Source: Synechococcus sp. (GTDB taxonomy: Bacteria; Cyanobacteriota; Cyanobacteriia; Thermostichales; PCC-7336). From it: a DNA stretch of 49,395 nucleotides. The DNA is taken from assembly GCA_051439425.1 (NCBI GenBank), contig JBFRWD010000158.1:1-49395 (forward strand). Direction: 5' to 3'. Shown piece after piece: positions 37,913-49,225 of the stretch; position 1 is the stretch's first letter, and the number at the start of each line of letters is the position of its first letter. The notes below the pieces were generated by a model. The model saw only the letters and a list, made by a program, of their open reading frames with translations. It was not told the origin of the DNA and did not search any database. The translations under genes and the position numbers were made by a program.

Positions 37913-38608
37913 TTAGGGCAAAGGGAGAGGGGGAATATCGTGAATAGATAGAGTCTCTGGGGGCGAATCATTTGGGATCGCAGCCTGGGGGAAACCTAAC
38001 TGTAACCATCCAGTTAAGGCCTCCAACAGTTTGGCTAAATCGGCTTGAGTATTGTAGTGGGCTTTAGAACTGTAGGAAATTTCTACGCAATGCTGCGGAT
38101 CTTCGGCAAACCAGTAGAGCATGGAAACGTGTTCGGGAGCGTAGCCGCGAGTTTCGGTTAGCAAAAATAGGTAGAGGCGAGTTTGCCAGTCACCAACTAG
38201 CTCCTCGAATGACCGCGATTTCCAATAGGTTTTCCAATCCACAACCTGCGCTCGATCTGGGGCCTCAATTAGCAGATCCACGATACCGTAGAGCTGAACA
38301 TCTCCCCATGGCAACGCCAGTGGATATTCTGCCAACTGGCTGCCATCCAGTAGAGGAGGAGGACAGGTTTGAAAGGCTTGGAAATAACGCTTTAAATCTG
38401 CATCGTTATCGACTAGTGGAGCGATCGGCAATCCTAGAGACTGTTGGTGCAGCAGGTTGTGAAACTGCTTACCCCGCTCAATCGCGGCAGAATTGCGCGC
38501 AACGGTCGGTAATTCCAGCCCGTCGGCATACAGACGAGCAAACCGGTGGGGTTCCGACTCCAACAGTCTCAAATGAGATTGCGTGATGCGTTGGGGGACT
38601 AGGGCCAT
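37913..38608 (-). CDS. PD-(D/E)XK nuclease family protein
   Basis: G..FH, E.PL, G.VDLL, VVDWKT and WQTRLY motifs. Confidence 0.85.
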   Translation of the reverse strand: MALVPQRITQSHLRLLESEPHRFARLYADGLELPTVARNSAAIERGKQFHNLLHQQSLGLPIAPLVDNDADLKRYFQAFQTCPPPLLDGSQLAEYPLALPWGDVQLYGIVDLLIEAPDRAQVVDWKTYWKSRSFEELVGDWQTRLYLFLLTETRGYAPEHVSMLYWFAEDPQHCVEISYSSKAHYNTQADLAKLLEALTGWLQLGFPQAAIPNDSPPETLSIHDIPPLPLP

Positions 38609-38680
38609 CGGACGATTGCCTGGTACGGGCTAAAAATCCGCTATCTAGACGTACATTGTTTTTGTAACTTAGGCGCGCGC

Positions 38681-39373
38681 TTACTTATTCAGCACTTCGA
38701 TACCGGTGTCGGTGGCCACGATCGCCTCGTACACCATGTCGATAAACAAGCCGTGCTCTACAACCCCTGCGGTTCCCTTCAGGGCATTGGCGATGGCAAC
38801 CGGATCGTCCATGGGGCCAAACTGACAGTCGATGATGTAGTGTTGCTCGTCGGTGATGTAGGGCTCGCCGCTTTCGGTGGTGCGCAGAACGGGCTTGCAT
38901 CCCAAGGCCTCTACACGGCTGGTGGTGCTCTTCCAGCCAAAACGGACGATTTCTACGGGAAGAGCAAACTTAGTGCCCAATTTGTCAACTTTTTTGGTGG
39001 AGTCGGCAATGATAATTAGTTTGTCGGCGCTGACTTCTACCAGCTTTTCACGCAGCAATGCACCCCCAGCACCTTTGATCAGGTTTAGAGAGCTAAGTTC
39101 GATTTCGTCCGCACCGTCAATGGCCACGTCCAACTTGGGTTGTTCTTCCAAGGTTGCTAGAGGAATGCCCAGTTCGGTCGCCTGCTCGAACGTGCGCTGA
39201 GAGGTGGGAACTCCGATAATGCTCAGTCCTTCAGTTTTCATCCGTTCGCCAATTGCACTGACGGCAAATGCAGCGGTTGAGCCAGTGCCCAGACCAACAA
39301 TCATGCCAGTTTCCACCCGCTCGACAGCCTTTTCCGCTGCCATTTTCTTGAGTTCGTTTTGCGTCAGCGCCAT
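38681..39373 (-). CDS. rpiA: ribose-5-phosphate isomerase A
   Basis: GLGTGST, DGADE, IKG.GGALLREK, LPVE, GVVEHGLF; ATG 39373 with AGAGG RBS. Confidence 0.97.
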   Translation of the reverse strand: MALTQNELKKMAAEKAVERVETGMIVGLGTGSTAAFAVSAIGERMKTEGLSIIGVPTSQRTFEQATELGIPLATLEEQPKLDVAIDGADEIELSSLNLIKGAGGALLREKLVEVSADKLIIIADSTKKVDKLGTKFALPVEIVRFGWKSTTSRVEALGCKPVLRTTESGEPYITDEQHYIIDCQFGPMDDPVAIANALKGTAGVVEHGLFIDMVYEAIVATDTGIEVLNK

Positions 39374-39567
39374 GGATGTTCCTCTATGTTCTCGGGCCGA
39401 TAGCTTGTGGCTAGTCAGTATTTGATGGGAATTGGCGGCGATCGCCAATCAACTTTCAATCCTACTAGTGGGATGTCCCCAATTTGAACTGACCGCATCG
39501 GAACTAGCCAGCAGAGCGTTCTCAATAGGCTTTCATTTGGCAGAGATACCGCATCGTTTATCTCGCT

Positions 39568-40239
39568 TCAAGAGAATCCGTGTTGACTGAGAAAGCTTAG
39601 ATCTAAAGCTGGTTCCTCGGTTGTAGGCGCTGGTTGTCCTGATGCTTGGCCGAGCAGGAATCGCTCGACATATTTGCCTAGAATATCTCCCTCCAAATTG
39701 ACGCGATCGCTGGGTTTTAGGGCCGAAAGATTGGTGTTTTCGAAGGTATGTGGAATTACCGCGACTTTGAACCACCCCCCGTTGCTTCCTAGTTCCGCGA
39801 CAGTCAAGCTGATGCCATTAATGGCAATGCTGCCTTTCAGCACAATGTATCGAGCCACGGCTGCAGGAGCCCGAAAACTTAATTCCCAAGAGTCACCCGT
39901 TTCTATGGCCTCGCAAAAATGACCTATTCCGTCGATGTGACCGGTGACAAAGTGACCGCCGATTTTTCCACCTACTTTGAGAGAGCGCTCTAGATTGACG
40001 GGGCGATCGGCTGGATAGTTGCCCAAGCTTGTCCGGGCTAGTGTTTCGGGAGAGATGTCTGCAATAAACCCCTTGGAGGTGTTGTTTGCTACTGTCAAGC
40101 ACACCCCATCCACTGCGACACTATCCCCTAACTCCAAATCCTTCAGGACGTCGGGGGAGGCATCTAACCATTGAACATTTAGCTGATAATCATTAACTGC
40201 TTCTAGCAGTCCTTTCGCTTGAACGAGTCCGGTAAACAT
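39568..40239 (-). CDS. ribE: riboflavin synthase (alpha chain)
   Basis: MFTGLV start, GDSVAVDGVCLTV, GGHFVTGHIDG, KGSIAINGISLTV, VNLEGD. Confidence 0.97.
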   Translation of the reverse strand: MFTGLVQAKGLLEAVNDYQLNVQWLDASPDVLKDLELGDSVAVDGVCLTVANNTSKGFIADISPETLARTSLGNYPADRPVNLERSLKVGGKIGGHFVTGHIDGIGHFCEAIETGDSWELSFRAPAAVARYIVLKGSIAINGISLTVAELGSNGGWFKVAVIPHTFENTNLSALKPSDRVNLEGDILGKYVERFLLGQASGQPAPTTEEPALDLSFLSQHGFS

Positions 40240-40546
40240 CAGCGCAACTCAAGAGAAAAATAGAGGTGAAGCAGCAGCATCGACTGTTGGCAGATTGGGA
40301 GAAAATAGAGAAAGGGTTTGGGTTAAAGAGATATGCTCTTAGCATCTGCTCGCTTACCACTTTACTCTGATGCCGATCGGAGCTTTGCTGTATCGATTCC
40401 TGTCGAATAGCTAACGTATGTGTCTACTTCTGGTATTCGACCCCAAAAACTATATCTAGACAGGCTTTCAGGCTGTTTGAAGTCGCTTGTCAAACCCAAA
40501 TGCCCCAGATAGGATCGAGGTACCCATAGGTCTGGAGGCCAGGATT

Positions 40547-41059
40547 ATGGTGGAAATGGAGGTTGCAGCGATTGCAATCGACGCTGCCAATCGGGTACCC
40601 ATCGTAATTCTGCGCGATTTGAGCGAGCGACGGGCCATTCCGATTTGGGTGGGTAAAGCGGAAGCAAATGCCATTATGCAAGCCCTGGATGGCCAGAAAC
40701 CGTCCCGCCCCATGACTCACGATTTAATGTATTCCTCCTGGGCAGAGTTGGGGTACACCGTCGATCGCATAGTTGTGTGCGATCTCAAAGACGATACGTT
40801 TTTTGCCACTATCTCTCTCAGCAAAGGAGAAGAGGAATTTCTACTGGATTCCCGTCCTAGCGATGCGATCGCGTTAGCGTTGCGAGCTAACGCATCTATT
40901 TGGGCGATGGAGGAGGTCATTGCCGAGGCGTCTATTCCAGTCGATCAAGATGCAGACGATGCTGAGCGCGAAGAATTTCGCCAGTTTTTGCAGGGGGTCA
41001 GCCCCAATGATTTCATTGGTACCTTGCCGACGGATGGTGGTGAATCAACAGCAAACTAA
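40547..41059 (+). CDS. bifunctional nuclease family protein (DUF151)
   Basis: PIVIL, PIW.G..EA, RP.THDL, D.RPSDAIALALR; GGAGG upstream. Confidence 0.92.
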   Translation: MVEMEVAAIAIDAANRVPIVILRDLSERRAIPIWVGKAEANAIMQALDGQKPSRPMTHDLMYSSWAELGYTVDRIVVCDLKDDTFFATISLSKGEEEFLLDSRPSDAIALALRANASIWAMEEVIAEASIPVDQDADDAEREEFRQFLQGVSPNDFIGTLPTDGGESTAN

Positions 41060-41202
41060 AATTCTTCTGCTATCAATCAAATAGCAACTCCCGAACATGA
41101 GTAGAATTTGTGTGTCTCGATGCCAACAGAGTTTGGCGCTTATTGATGTGCTGCTGCAATGTTGGCTCGGGACATTTGGTGTTGCTAGAGTCCTGCCTGC
41201 CC

Positions 41203-41946
41203 ATGCACTTCTCTCGGTTTTTAGATGGATTGAATTCGCTGGTTCGCCTGCGATCGTTGTTGGTAAGTGTCTTGCTCTGCTTTGTTCTGGCTGGCTGTGG
41301 AGTCATTCCACCATCTGTTGCGGCAACCCGAGATGATATTGCTGCGCTGTACGGCGATCGCCCCGAGCTCTCTGGTATGGCCACCGTGCAGATGGAAGTG
41401 CAAACTGCTGCCGGGAACGGGACAGTAGAAATGGTGCTGAATGGTGAGGCAGCTCCGCTGACTGCCGGGAACTTTGTGCAGTTAGCGAGCCAAGGGTTTT
41501 ATGACGGGTTAAGCTTCCATCGGGTTGTTAAAGATCCGCTGCCCTTTGTCGTGCAAGGGGGCGATCCGTTGGGCAATGGTACGGGGGGATTTGTGGACCC
41601 GGAAACTCAGCAGCCCCGACAAATTCCGTTAGAGATGGCATTAGAGCCTCGCTCTAACGACGGATACACTCTGCGATACAACGAAACAGTGCCCCCTAAT
41701 GGCCTCGTTCTTCCTCACTTGCGCGGAGCTGTGGCGATGGCCCGTTCGGCAGCTCCGAATACAGCCTCATCTCAGTTCTATATTGCTTTGGCCGATATTC
41801 CCCAGTTGGATGGTCGCTATGCGGTGTTCGGTTACGTGACGGAAGGTATGGATGTGGTCGATCGGATTGCGATTGGCGATCGCATTGTGTCCGTGACGGT
41901 TACTGAAGGCTTAGATAACCTCGGTAGTTCTCAGGCTGTTCGGTAG
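41203..41946 (+). CDS. cyclophilin-type peptidyl-prolyl isomerase, lipoprotein
   Basis: Lipobox LAGC; AP.TAGNF, FYDGL.FHRV, VVQGGDP, GAVAMAR, SSQFYI, LDG.YAVFG.V. Confidence 0.92.
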   Translation: MHFSRFLDGLNSLVRLRSLLVSVLLCFVLAGCGVIPPSVAATRDDIAALYGDRPELSGMATVQMEVQTAAGNGTVEMVLNGEAAPLTAGNFVQLASQGFYDGLSFHRVVKDPLPFVVQGGDPLGNGTGGFVDPETQQPRQIPLEMALEPRSNDGYTLRYNETVPPNGLVLPHLRGAVAMARSAAPNTASSQFYIALADIPQLDGRYAVFGYVTEGMDVVDRIAIGDRIVSVTVTEGLDNLGSSQAVR

Positions 41947-42073
41947 AGAGCTATTCATCAGTGGCATCATCCCAACAAAACACTCCGTAGCGGTTTAAAG
42001 CTTTTTGCAAGGATTGCTCCCTATTTTTCTTGTTCTGATAAGCTGATGCGGTTTGCCGCTTGAGGGATGACGA

Positions 42074-42802
42074 ATGAGTTGGTCGAGGGACGATGGGCGA
42101 GGCTTCGGTGAGATTCGCCCGGTCACGTTTCAGCGACGGTTCACCAAGTTTTCGTCGGGCTCGGTGTTAGTCAAATTTGGCGATACCCACGTTCTTTGCA
42201 CGGCGTCGGTCTCTGAAGATGTACCTCGGTTTTTGAAGGATACAGGCAAGGGGTGGTTGACTGCTGAATATCGATTATTGCCGAGTTCCACTCAAGAGCG
42301 GCAGCGGCGTGAACTGTACAAGCTTTCGGGGCGCACGGCGGAAATTCAGCGGTTGATCGGTCGAAGTTTGCGCGCTGCGATTGACTTTGAAGCATTAGGG
42401 CCGCGCACTATCACGATTGATGCTGATGTGTTGCAGGCGGATGGAGGCACTCGGACTGCGGCCATTACGGGTGGGTTTGTGGCATTGCAAGATGCTTGTG
42501 CGTCACTGCTCGAACAAGGATTGTTAGCGACCTCACCAATTGTCCATCAAGTGGCTGCACTGTCAGTTGGTGTGGTGAACGATACGGCGATCTCCGATCT
42601 CTGTTATGTCGAAGATTTTGCGGCAGAGGTGGATTTGAATGTTGTGATGACTGGGACTGGAGAGTACATCGAAATTCAGGGAACGGCTGAGTCTCAGCCA
42701 TTTGGTTCGTCCAAATTGACCGAAATGTTGGATCTAGCTAAATCCGGTATCGGAACGTTATGTCAGCTACAGCAAGCAGCCTTATCTGAGGGGGGAGACT
42801 AG
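42074..42802 (+). CDS. rph: ribonuclease PH
   Basis: [53 protein letters not shown]. Confidence 0.97.
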   Translation: MSWSRDDGRGFGEIRPVTFQRRFTKFSSGSVLVKFGDTHVLCTASVSEDVPRFLKDTGKGWLTAEYRLLPSSTQERQRRELYKLSGRTAEIQRLIGRSLRAAIDFEALGPRTITIDADVLQADGGTRTAAITGGFVALQDACASLLEQGLLATSPIVHQVAALSVGVVNDTAISDLCYVEDFAAEVDLNVVMTGTGEYIEIQGTAESQPFGSSKLTEMLDLAKSGIGTLCQLQQAALSEGGD

Positions 42803-42873
42803 CGACGGATGTATCCCAATCCGAGACGAACTACAATTTATGAAGAAACGTTTCATTGCCGGATGGGGACTGA

Positions 42874-43809
42874 ATGTTTGAGTCCTACTTGGGCCACTTA
42901 AAAGACTGGGACTGGCGGGACTATTCTGTTCGCTACAGCTACACCCCTACCACTGCCCGTTCTGCTGCAGCTCCAGCCCTGCTTGTCCACGGATTTGGGG
43001 CGTCGTTAGGCCATTGGCGCTCGAATATTCCGCTGTTGAGTCGCGATCGCTCTGTGTACGCGATCGACCTATTGGGGTGTGGTGGTAGTTCTAAGCCTAC
43101 AGATATCCACTACACCGTCGATTTGTGGGTGGAGCAGCTCTACGAGTTTTGGCAGGAGCACATTCGCCAACCGGCGATCCTTAGCGGTCATTCATTGGGT
43201 GGCTTAATCGCGCTGACGGCTGCGGCTCGCCATCCTGAAATGGCTAAGGGACTCAATCTAATTAGCTGTGCCGACGGCCCCCATCCCGAGGAATTTCCAC
43301 CCCCCATTGCATGGGCAATCCAAGGGCTGACTGAAGCCGCTATGTGCTTGGTAGGATTCCCGGGTATTTATCCGCTGTTCTTTCGACGATTGCGTCAGGA
43401 AAAACCGCTTCGAAAAGCCATTCGAAATACATACAAGATTGATGAGCGGGTGGATGACGAACTGGTCAAGATTTTTCAGCAACCTGCGTTTGATGATGGA
43501 GCCCAAGAGGTCTTGCTGGAGCTGCTGCGGGCCATCCTGACGCGACGGTTCGAGAGTCCAAGGTTGTTGTTGCCCCAGATCGACGTTCCCATTCTGATTC
43601 TATGGGGCAAGGATGACCCGGCTGTGCCCAGCTTCTTTGCGGACAAATTCGTACAGTGGAATCCAGCCTGCAAGCTAGTTAAACTTCCCGGTATTGGCCA
43701 TTGTGCTCATGACGAGCTACCCCAATGGGTGACAGCACTGATTGCAGAATGGGCGACGGGGTTGGAAGCAGGGCAGAGTTTTAAGCTGGCATATCAAGCG
43801 GCTTCGTGA
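42874..43809 (+). CDS. alpha/beta fold hydrolase
   Basis: HGFGAS, nucleophile elbow GHSLGG, WG..D, GHCAHDE. Confidence 0.92.
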   Translation: MFESYLGHLKDWDWRDYSVRYSYTPTTARSAAAPALLVHGFGASLGHWRSNIPLLSRDRSVYAIDLLGCGGSSKPTDIHYTVDLWVEQLYEFWQEHIRQPAILSGHSLGGLIALTAAARHPEMAKGLNLISCADGPHPEEFPPPIAWAIQGLTEAAMCLVGFPGIYPLFFRRLRQEKPLRKAIRNTYKIDERVDDELVKIFQQPAFDDGAQEVLLELLRAILTRRFESPRLLLPQIDVPILILWGKDDPAVPSFFADKFVQWNPACKLVKLPGIGHCAHDELPQWVTALIAEWATGLEAGQSFKLAYQAAS

Positions 43810-44020
43810 CATAACCCATTGCGATATAGCAAGCCGCTGTAAGGTCTGGATTGCGAGGACAGCTCACCCCCTCGATCTACCGATAACAATAGCGAGAGCC
43901 CCCTCTATGGCTGATTGCAGAAAGCGATAGCGATTCTTCCTCGCGAACGCTTCCCTCACTCCGCCTCAAACCTTAATGAACCGGTGAGATTGACAGAAAT
44001 TTCCTGGTTCTTGACGTTTA

Positions 44021-44656
44021 ATGAGGGGCGATACAGCATCTGGAGCCGCAATGAAGGAATCTAGTCTTCCCAGCACTCATCCAGAATCCATTCCGGTTCC
44101 GTTAGCAAAAGCCTTTCTACGATTGGGATGGATATCCTTCTGGCTTCAGTTTGCACTAGGAGTGATTCCCGTTCTTTTACTTATTTTTGCCTTGTTGTTT
44201 CGGGGGGTTAGGACAGACGGGCCAGGCACAACCGTTGAAGTGAGCCTGGCGTATACTTCGCTGATCTTCTTACTGTTTTCGATTCTCTGGAGTTTCCGCT
44301 ACACACGAATAGGACGATCGCTACTGAAACCGAATCGTCGCCCCAACCCAAATCGCGTGATGGGGGTACTGAGATTCGGATTGATTGGCAATCTGATTGG
44401 TGCGGTCTGCACCATCATGGTGGCAATGGGAGCAGTTGGGGCTATGTTGTTAAACGTTCTTTCTCAGCCTCAAGGCGCGCTCCCCACCCTGACCGATCCA
44501 AGAGTTGGCATCGGGCCTCCAGGACTAGCATCGAACCACTGGATCGTTCCGCTAGACATGGTTTGGCTGCAAGCGTTGTTGAATAATATGGCCGCTCAGC
44601 TAGTGGGAGTTGTGGTTACCCTGTATCTACTCAACCGTCTTCTCAAACATCGATAG
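44021..44656 (+). CDS. DUF3611 family (Tic21/PIC1-like) membrane protein
   Basis: R.GWISFW.Q..LG and LD....A..N motifs with four TM segments; start could be 44051. Confidence 0.85.
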   Translation: MRGDTASGAAMKESSLPSTHPESIPVPLAKAFLRLGWISFWLQFALGVIPVLLLIFALLFRGVRTDGPGTTVEVSLAYTSLIFLLFSILWSFRYTRIGRSLLKPNRRPNPNRVMGVLRFGLIGNLIGAVCTIMVAMGAVGAMLLNVLSQPQGALPTLTDPRVGIGPPGLASNHWIVPLDMVWLQALLNNMAAQLVGVVVTLYLLNRLLKHR

Positions 44657-44832
44657 ATCGTATTAAGAGAAGCAGTTATGACATCTGCTTCGCTAAACGA
44701 AACAACGAACGAGTGACTGCCAGACAGAACGAAGAAGTCACCGGGTCTCTCATCGGGATGGGCGATCGCTTGGTAGATTGGGTCTGGCTTACTTTGCGTA
44801 ACTCATCAATCAATCGGCAGGACAGGCAGGCA

Positions 44833-46086
44833 ATGGCGAAATCCACTTTCCACCGACCGGCGACGGGAGCGCGAGATCTCCTGCCGTTGGATGTGGTGCA
44901 GAAGCAATGGGTGGAGCGCCATCTGCGTGGAGTTTTCGAGCGCTGGGGATATCGGCGCATCATTACTCCGACCCTGGAACGTCTGGATACGTTGACTGCT
45001 GGGGGGGCTGTGCAGCCAGGGTCTGTGCTGCAGGTGCGAGATAGCGAAGGGACGATGTTGGGGTTGCGCCCCGAGATGACCGCATCGATCGCACGCGCCG
45101 CGGCCACCCGCATGGCCGGGACAGCGCTTCCTTTGCGGCTCTATTACAACGCCAACGTATTTCGCAATGCCCGTCACGATAACGAGTTTTTCCAAGCTGG
45201 TGTGGAACTCATCGGGGCCCCCGGTTGGTTAGCCGACACAGAAGTGATGCTGCTGCTGGCGGAATGTTTGAATGCCCTCGATCTGCCGGATTGGTCGTTG
45301 ATTGTTGGAGAAGTGGGCTTGACGGAGAGTTTGCTAAGTACGATTTCTCCTTCGGCGAAGGCAGATGTGCATCGTGCGATTGCCAACCTAGATCGCGTTT
45401 TTTTAGAAACAGCGGACATGCCGGAACGCGATCGGCAGGCAGCGCTGCAAGTTCTCGATTTGCGAGGGGAGCCGAAAGAGGTTTTCCGCAAATTACAAGG
45501 ATTAACGCTGCCAAGTACCGAGCGGCAGCGGGTGACGGCTTTGGAGCAACTGTGCAACGGGTTAACGGAGCAAGGAGTACCTCTGGTTCTCGACCTCAGC
45601 CTGCTTGATGGTTTTGGATACTACACCAGCACTGTTTTCCAAGCGGTGTGCGGTTCCGAACGGTTGGGATTGGGGGGGCGCTACGACTCGCTATTTTCGC
45701 TATACAGCCCCAATGGTGGCAATCAAGCTGGAATTGGATTTTCTCTGACATTAGAATCTCTGCAGCGGGTGCTGCAATCGAGCGCTCGGCTGCCGCAATC
45801 GTCTCGCAAAACCCATACCTTGGTGGTTCCCACTGAAGCTGAAGCTGTGCCACACGTGCTCAAATTGGCAGCTGACTTGCGGGCCCAGCATCCCAACCGT
45901 GGCATCGAAATCGAATTGCTGGGTGAGTTTGCGGCGCCTGACGAAGGACGTACTCCGGAAGCAATTACCGAATACGCTCGCTCTTGCGAAATTGAAGAAG
46001 TTGCCTGGGTACAAGCGGATGGCAGCTTCCATACCACCACCACCGATCTAGTGCCGCTCGAACAAACCGTAGGGGAACCTGTGTAA
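44833..46086 (+). CDS. hisZ: ATP phosphoribosyltransferase regulatory subunit
   Basis: HisRS-like: [52 protein letters not shown]; stop overlaps hisG start. Confidence 0.93.
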   Translation: MAKSTFHRPATGARDLLPLDVVQKQWVERHLRGVFERWGYRRIITPTLERLDTLTAGGAVQPGSVLQVRDSEGTMLGLRPEMTASIARAAATRMAGTALPLRLYYNANVFRNARHDNEFFQAGVELIGAPGWLADTEVMLLLAECLNALDLPDWSLIVGEVGLTESLLSTISPSAKADVHRAIANLDRVFLETADMPERDRQAALQVLDLRGEPKEVFRKLQGLTLPSTERQRVTALEQLCNGLTEQGVPLVLDLSLLDGFGYYTSTVFQAVCGSERLGLGGRYDSLFSLYSPNGGNQAGIGFSLTLESLQRVLQSSARLPQSSRKTHTLVVPTEAEAVPHVLKLAADLRAQHPNRGIEIELLGEFAAPDEGRTPEAITEYARSCEIEEVAWVQADGSFHTTTTDLVPLEQTVGEPV

Positions 46087-46763
46087 TGGCCACGATTACA
46101 GTTGCGCTTGCAAAAGGAGAATTGCTGAAGGAGGGGGTGGCCTTGTTTCAGAGCGTGGGCATCGATTTCAGTCAGCTTCAGGACAAAAGCAATCGCCTGC
46201 TGCGAATTACTTCCCCCACTAGTCCCGACGGGAATATTTACGAAGCATTGCTGGTTCGCACTCATGATGTGCCGGTCTATGTAGAGTACGGTCAAGCTCA
46301 GCTAGGTGTAGTTGGGTACGATGTCATGCGTGAGAAGCGGGCCAAGATTGCCCAGCTAGCCGATCTCAAATTTGGTGGCTGTCGCATGTCGGTGGCAGTG
46401 AAGCAGGATAGCCCATACAAATCCGCATTAGATCTGCCAGCTAACGCCCGCATTGCCTCTAAGTTCGTCAACTGCGCCGCAGAGTTTTTTGAGACTCTCG
46501 ATTTGCCTGTCGAGATTATTCCCCTGTACGGTTCCGTCGAGCTGGCTCCTATAACTGGAATGGCAGAAGCGATTGTGGATTTGGTTGCCACCGGTCGGAC
46601 ACTAAGAGAAAACGGACTAGTAGAACTGGACTGCATATACGAAAGTACGGCTCGCTTGGTTGCTCATCCCATCAGTTACCGCCTCGATCGCGGCAATCTC
46701 TCAGAGTTAGTGGCTCGCATTCGCGACAGCGTCACACATTCCAGCTATACGGCTCTACGTTAG
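46086..46763 (+). CDS. hisG: ATP phosphoribosyltransferase (short form)
   Basis: [41 protein letters not shown]; 225 aa. Confidence 0.96.
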   Translation: MATITVALAKGELLKEGVALFQSVGIDFSQLQDKSNRLLRITSPTSPDGNIYEALLVRTHDVPVYVEYGQAQLGVVGYDVMREKRAKIAQLADLKFGGCRMSVAVKQDSPYKSALDLPANARIASKFVNCAAEFFETLDLPVEIIPLYGSVELAPITGMAEAIVDLVATGRTLRENGLVELDCIYESTARLVAHPISYRLDRGNLSELVARIRDSVTHSSYTALR

Positions 46764-46821
46764 ATGAACTTGCAAAACGCGATAGGATAGCGGGGCTTTT
46801 TCTGTCATCCTGCGCAGTATC

Positions 46822-48144
46822 GTGTCAGCTAGCAACCCCACCCTCAAAGTCTCCGCCTGCCCCACCCTCAGCGGCAGCATCACTGTTCCCGGCGATAAGT
46901 CTATCTCTCATCGATCGCTGATGTTGGGGGCACTGGCTGAGGGGGAAACCACCGTGCGTGGTTTGCTATTGGGCGAAGACCCGCGCAGCACGGCGGCTTG
47001 TTTTCGGGCGATGGGAGCCGAGATCTCAGAACTCAATTCCGAGCTGGTCACCATTCGCGGTGTCGGGCTTGGGGGACTGAAAGAGCCGGTTGATGTATTG
47101 GATGCGGGGAACTCGGGAACTACTCTGCGGCTGATGCTGGGGATTTTGGCAGCACAGTCCGATCGCTTTTTTTCCGTCACTGGAGATGGTTCGCTGCGAT
47201 CTCGCCCCATGGGTAGAGTGGTTAAACCTTTGCAGCAGATGGGAGCCCACATTTGGGGGCGTTCCAGTAGTGAGCGGGCTCCGCTAGCGATTAATGGCCA
47301 GCAATTACAAGGCATTCACTATCAATCTCCGGTCGCCTCAGCCCAAGTGAAATCCTGTGTATTGCTGGCTGGCCTGTGGGCGGATGGAGAAACGACGGTG
47401 ACGGAACCGGCTCTATCTCGCGACCATTCTGAGCGTATGCTGACTGCATTTGGTGCCAATCTGACGGCGAACCAAGCGGAGAAGACGGTGATCATTCGTA
47501 GCGGCTCGCAACTCTACGGGCAGCCGGTCGTGGTCCCTGGAGACATCAGCTCTGCGGCGTTTTGGCTGGTGGCAGCAGCGATCGCCCCCGAGGCCGAATT
47601 ACTGATCCAAAACGTCGGCATTAACCCCACTCGCACCGGAGTGTTGGAGGCTCTTGAGATGATGGGGGCAGAGATTTCACTAGAAAACGAGCGGGAAGAA
47701 ACGGGTGAGCCCGTAGCGGATTTGCGGGTGCGCTCCTCTCAATTAAAGGGTTGCGAGATTGGAGGAGATTTGATTCCCAAGCTGATCGATGAGATTCCGA
47801 TTTTGGCGGTGGCAGCAGCGTTTGCCGAGGGCAAGACGGTGATTCGGGATGCGGAAGAGTTGCGGGTGAAAGAGAGCGATCGGATTGCAGCCATGACTAG
47901 CGAACTGACCAAGATGGGGGCCGCGATAAGCGAGCGTCCCGATGGTTTGGAGATCGTGGGTGGACAACCACTAAAAGGGGCGACAGTGGAAGGATTTGGC
48001 GACCATCGGATTGCCATGAGCTTGACGATCGCAGCATTGCAAGCAGAAGGGACTACTACGATCGTCGGGGCCGATTGCGCATCAATTTCCTATCCCACTT
48101 TCGTTCCTACTCTTAAACAAGTGGCACCCAACAGTGTTGGTTAA
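46822..48144 (+). CDS. aroA: EPSP synthase
   Basis: [55 protein letters not shown]. Confidence 0.98.
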   Translation: MSASNPTLKVSACPTLSGSITVPGDKSISHRSLMLGALAEGETTVRGLLLGEDPRSTAACFRAMGAEISELNSELVTIRGVGLGGLKEPVDVLDAGNSGTTLRLMLGILAAQSDRFFSVTGDGSLRSRPMGRVVKPLQQMGAHIWGRSSSERAPLAINGQQLQGIHYQSPVASAQVKSCVLLAGLWADGETTVTEPALSRDHSERMLTAFGANLTANQAEKTVIIRSGSQLYGQPVVVPGDISSAAFWLVAAAIAPEAELLIQNVGINPTRTGVLEALEMMGAEISLENEREETGEPVADLRVRSSQLKGCEIGGDLIPKLIDEIPILAVAAAFAEGKTVIRDAEELRVKESDRIAAMTSELTKMGAAISERPDGLEIVGGQPLKGATVEGFGDHRIAMSLTIAALQAEGTTTIVGADCASISYPTFVPTLKQVAPNSVG

Positions 48145-48209
48145 GTACCAGGCGAGATTCATGCCTTAGTAAGCTGTTGTTTCATTATCATCGATAGCCT
48201 TCCAAAACC

Positions 48210-49136
48210 TCAATCGACATGCTCAATGCTAGTAATTTTAGACATTTCCAATCGCAACACCTCGAGAAAGCACTTCAATCGCTGAGGGAGATGCCGTCCG
48301 GGCAAATAGGCTACGTGGATAGTGAGTTCTGCCGCACGCCATGTGGGAAGGATGTCTACCAGCCGCTGACTTTCCAGATCGCTTTCAACAAGCCAGCGCG
48401 GGAGTACAGCAGCCCCAAGCCCTCCCAGTGCAGCTTTGTGCAGAGCAGAAATATTATTGGTCGTAAGCCTGACCGCAGGTGAAATGAGCTTAGTCCGTCC
48501 TCTATAATCCGTCAGAGGAATGCGCCCCCCTTCAAAAGGTTCAAGGGCTAAAAACGGTAATTTTTCTAGATCGGTGATTGATTTCGGTTGACCGTAAGTT
48601 TGCAGCAACTGAGGTTCGGCAACGACTATCCGCTCGACTCGCCCCAACGGTTGTACAAGCAAAGATTTATCTTGAATATCGCCTATCTTAATCCAGCAAT
48701 CGCAACCTACTTCTGCAAAGCGAATGTTGCCATCTTCAAGTTGCCAGGATAGCGAGATCAGTGGGTATCGATGTTGAAATTGAAGGGCAATGTCTAAGAG
48801 AAAAAGCTGACCCAGTGCGATCGGTGCCACCACTTTGAGCGTTCCTCTCGGCATCCGTTCTGCATCGAGGTGCTTTTCTTCTAGAGACTCCCAATCATCC
48901 AGCAAACGCCGCGCATCAGCCAGTAGTTCTGCCCCTGCTGCGGTCAGCGAAAGGTTGTGAGTGGTTCGCCGCATGAGCTGCGTTTTGAAGCGCGATTCTA
49001 ACTCCGCGAGTTGGCGGCTTGCTGATGGTTGAGATAAGCCCAGATCGCGCGCTGCGGCGCTGATGCTACCCGAGTCAGCAATACGCACGAATGTTTGTAG
49101 CAAAGTGAGTCTGTCGAGTGACTTGCTCATACTCAA
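48210..49136 (-). CDS. LysR-family transcriptional regulator (CrgA-like)
   Basis: HTH FV.I.DSGSISAAA..L.LSQP.ASR.L.ELE, RTT..L.LT.AG, substrate-binding domain; start 49136 or 49130. Confidence 0.95.
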   Translation of the reverse strand: MSMSKSLDRLTLLQTFVRIADSGSISAAARDLGLSQPSASRQLAELESRFKTQLMRRTTHNLSLTAAGAELLADARRLLDDWESLEEKHLDAERMPRGTLKVVAPIALGQLFLLDIALQFQHRYPLISLSWQLEDGNIRFAEVGCDCWIKIGDIQDKSLLVQPLGRVERIVVAEPQLLQTYGQPKSITDLEKLPFLALEPFEGGRIPLTDYRGRTKLISPAVRLTTNNISALHKAALGGLGAAVLPRWLVESDLESQRLVDILPTWRAAELTIHVAYLPGRHLPQRLKCFLEVLRLEMSKITSIEHVD

Positions 49137-49225
49137 TATGAATATTAGTCATTTTTATTACTCCTCTACCAAATATTAGCCAAACTTGCGATAGTGAGTT
49201 CAAGCCAGCAACAGAGGAGCTAAAC

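Noticed and set aside
37913..38608. Cas4-like nuclease suggesting a CRISPR locus
   Set aside because: No four-Cys Fe-S motif, no other cas genes and no repeat-spacer array in the window; it sits among housekeeping genes.
40240..40546. FMN riboswitch upstream of riboflavin synthase
   Set aside because: No RFN consensus (GGGCAGGGTGAAATTCCC-type) on the minus strand.
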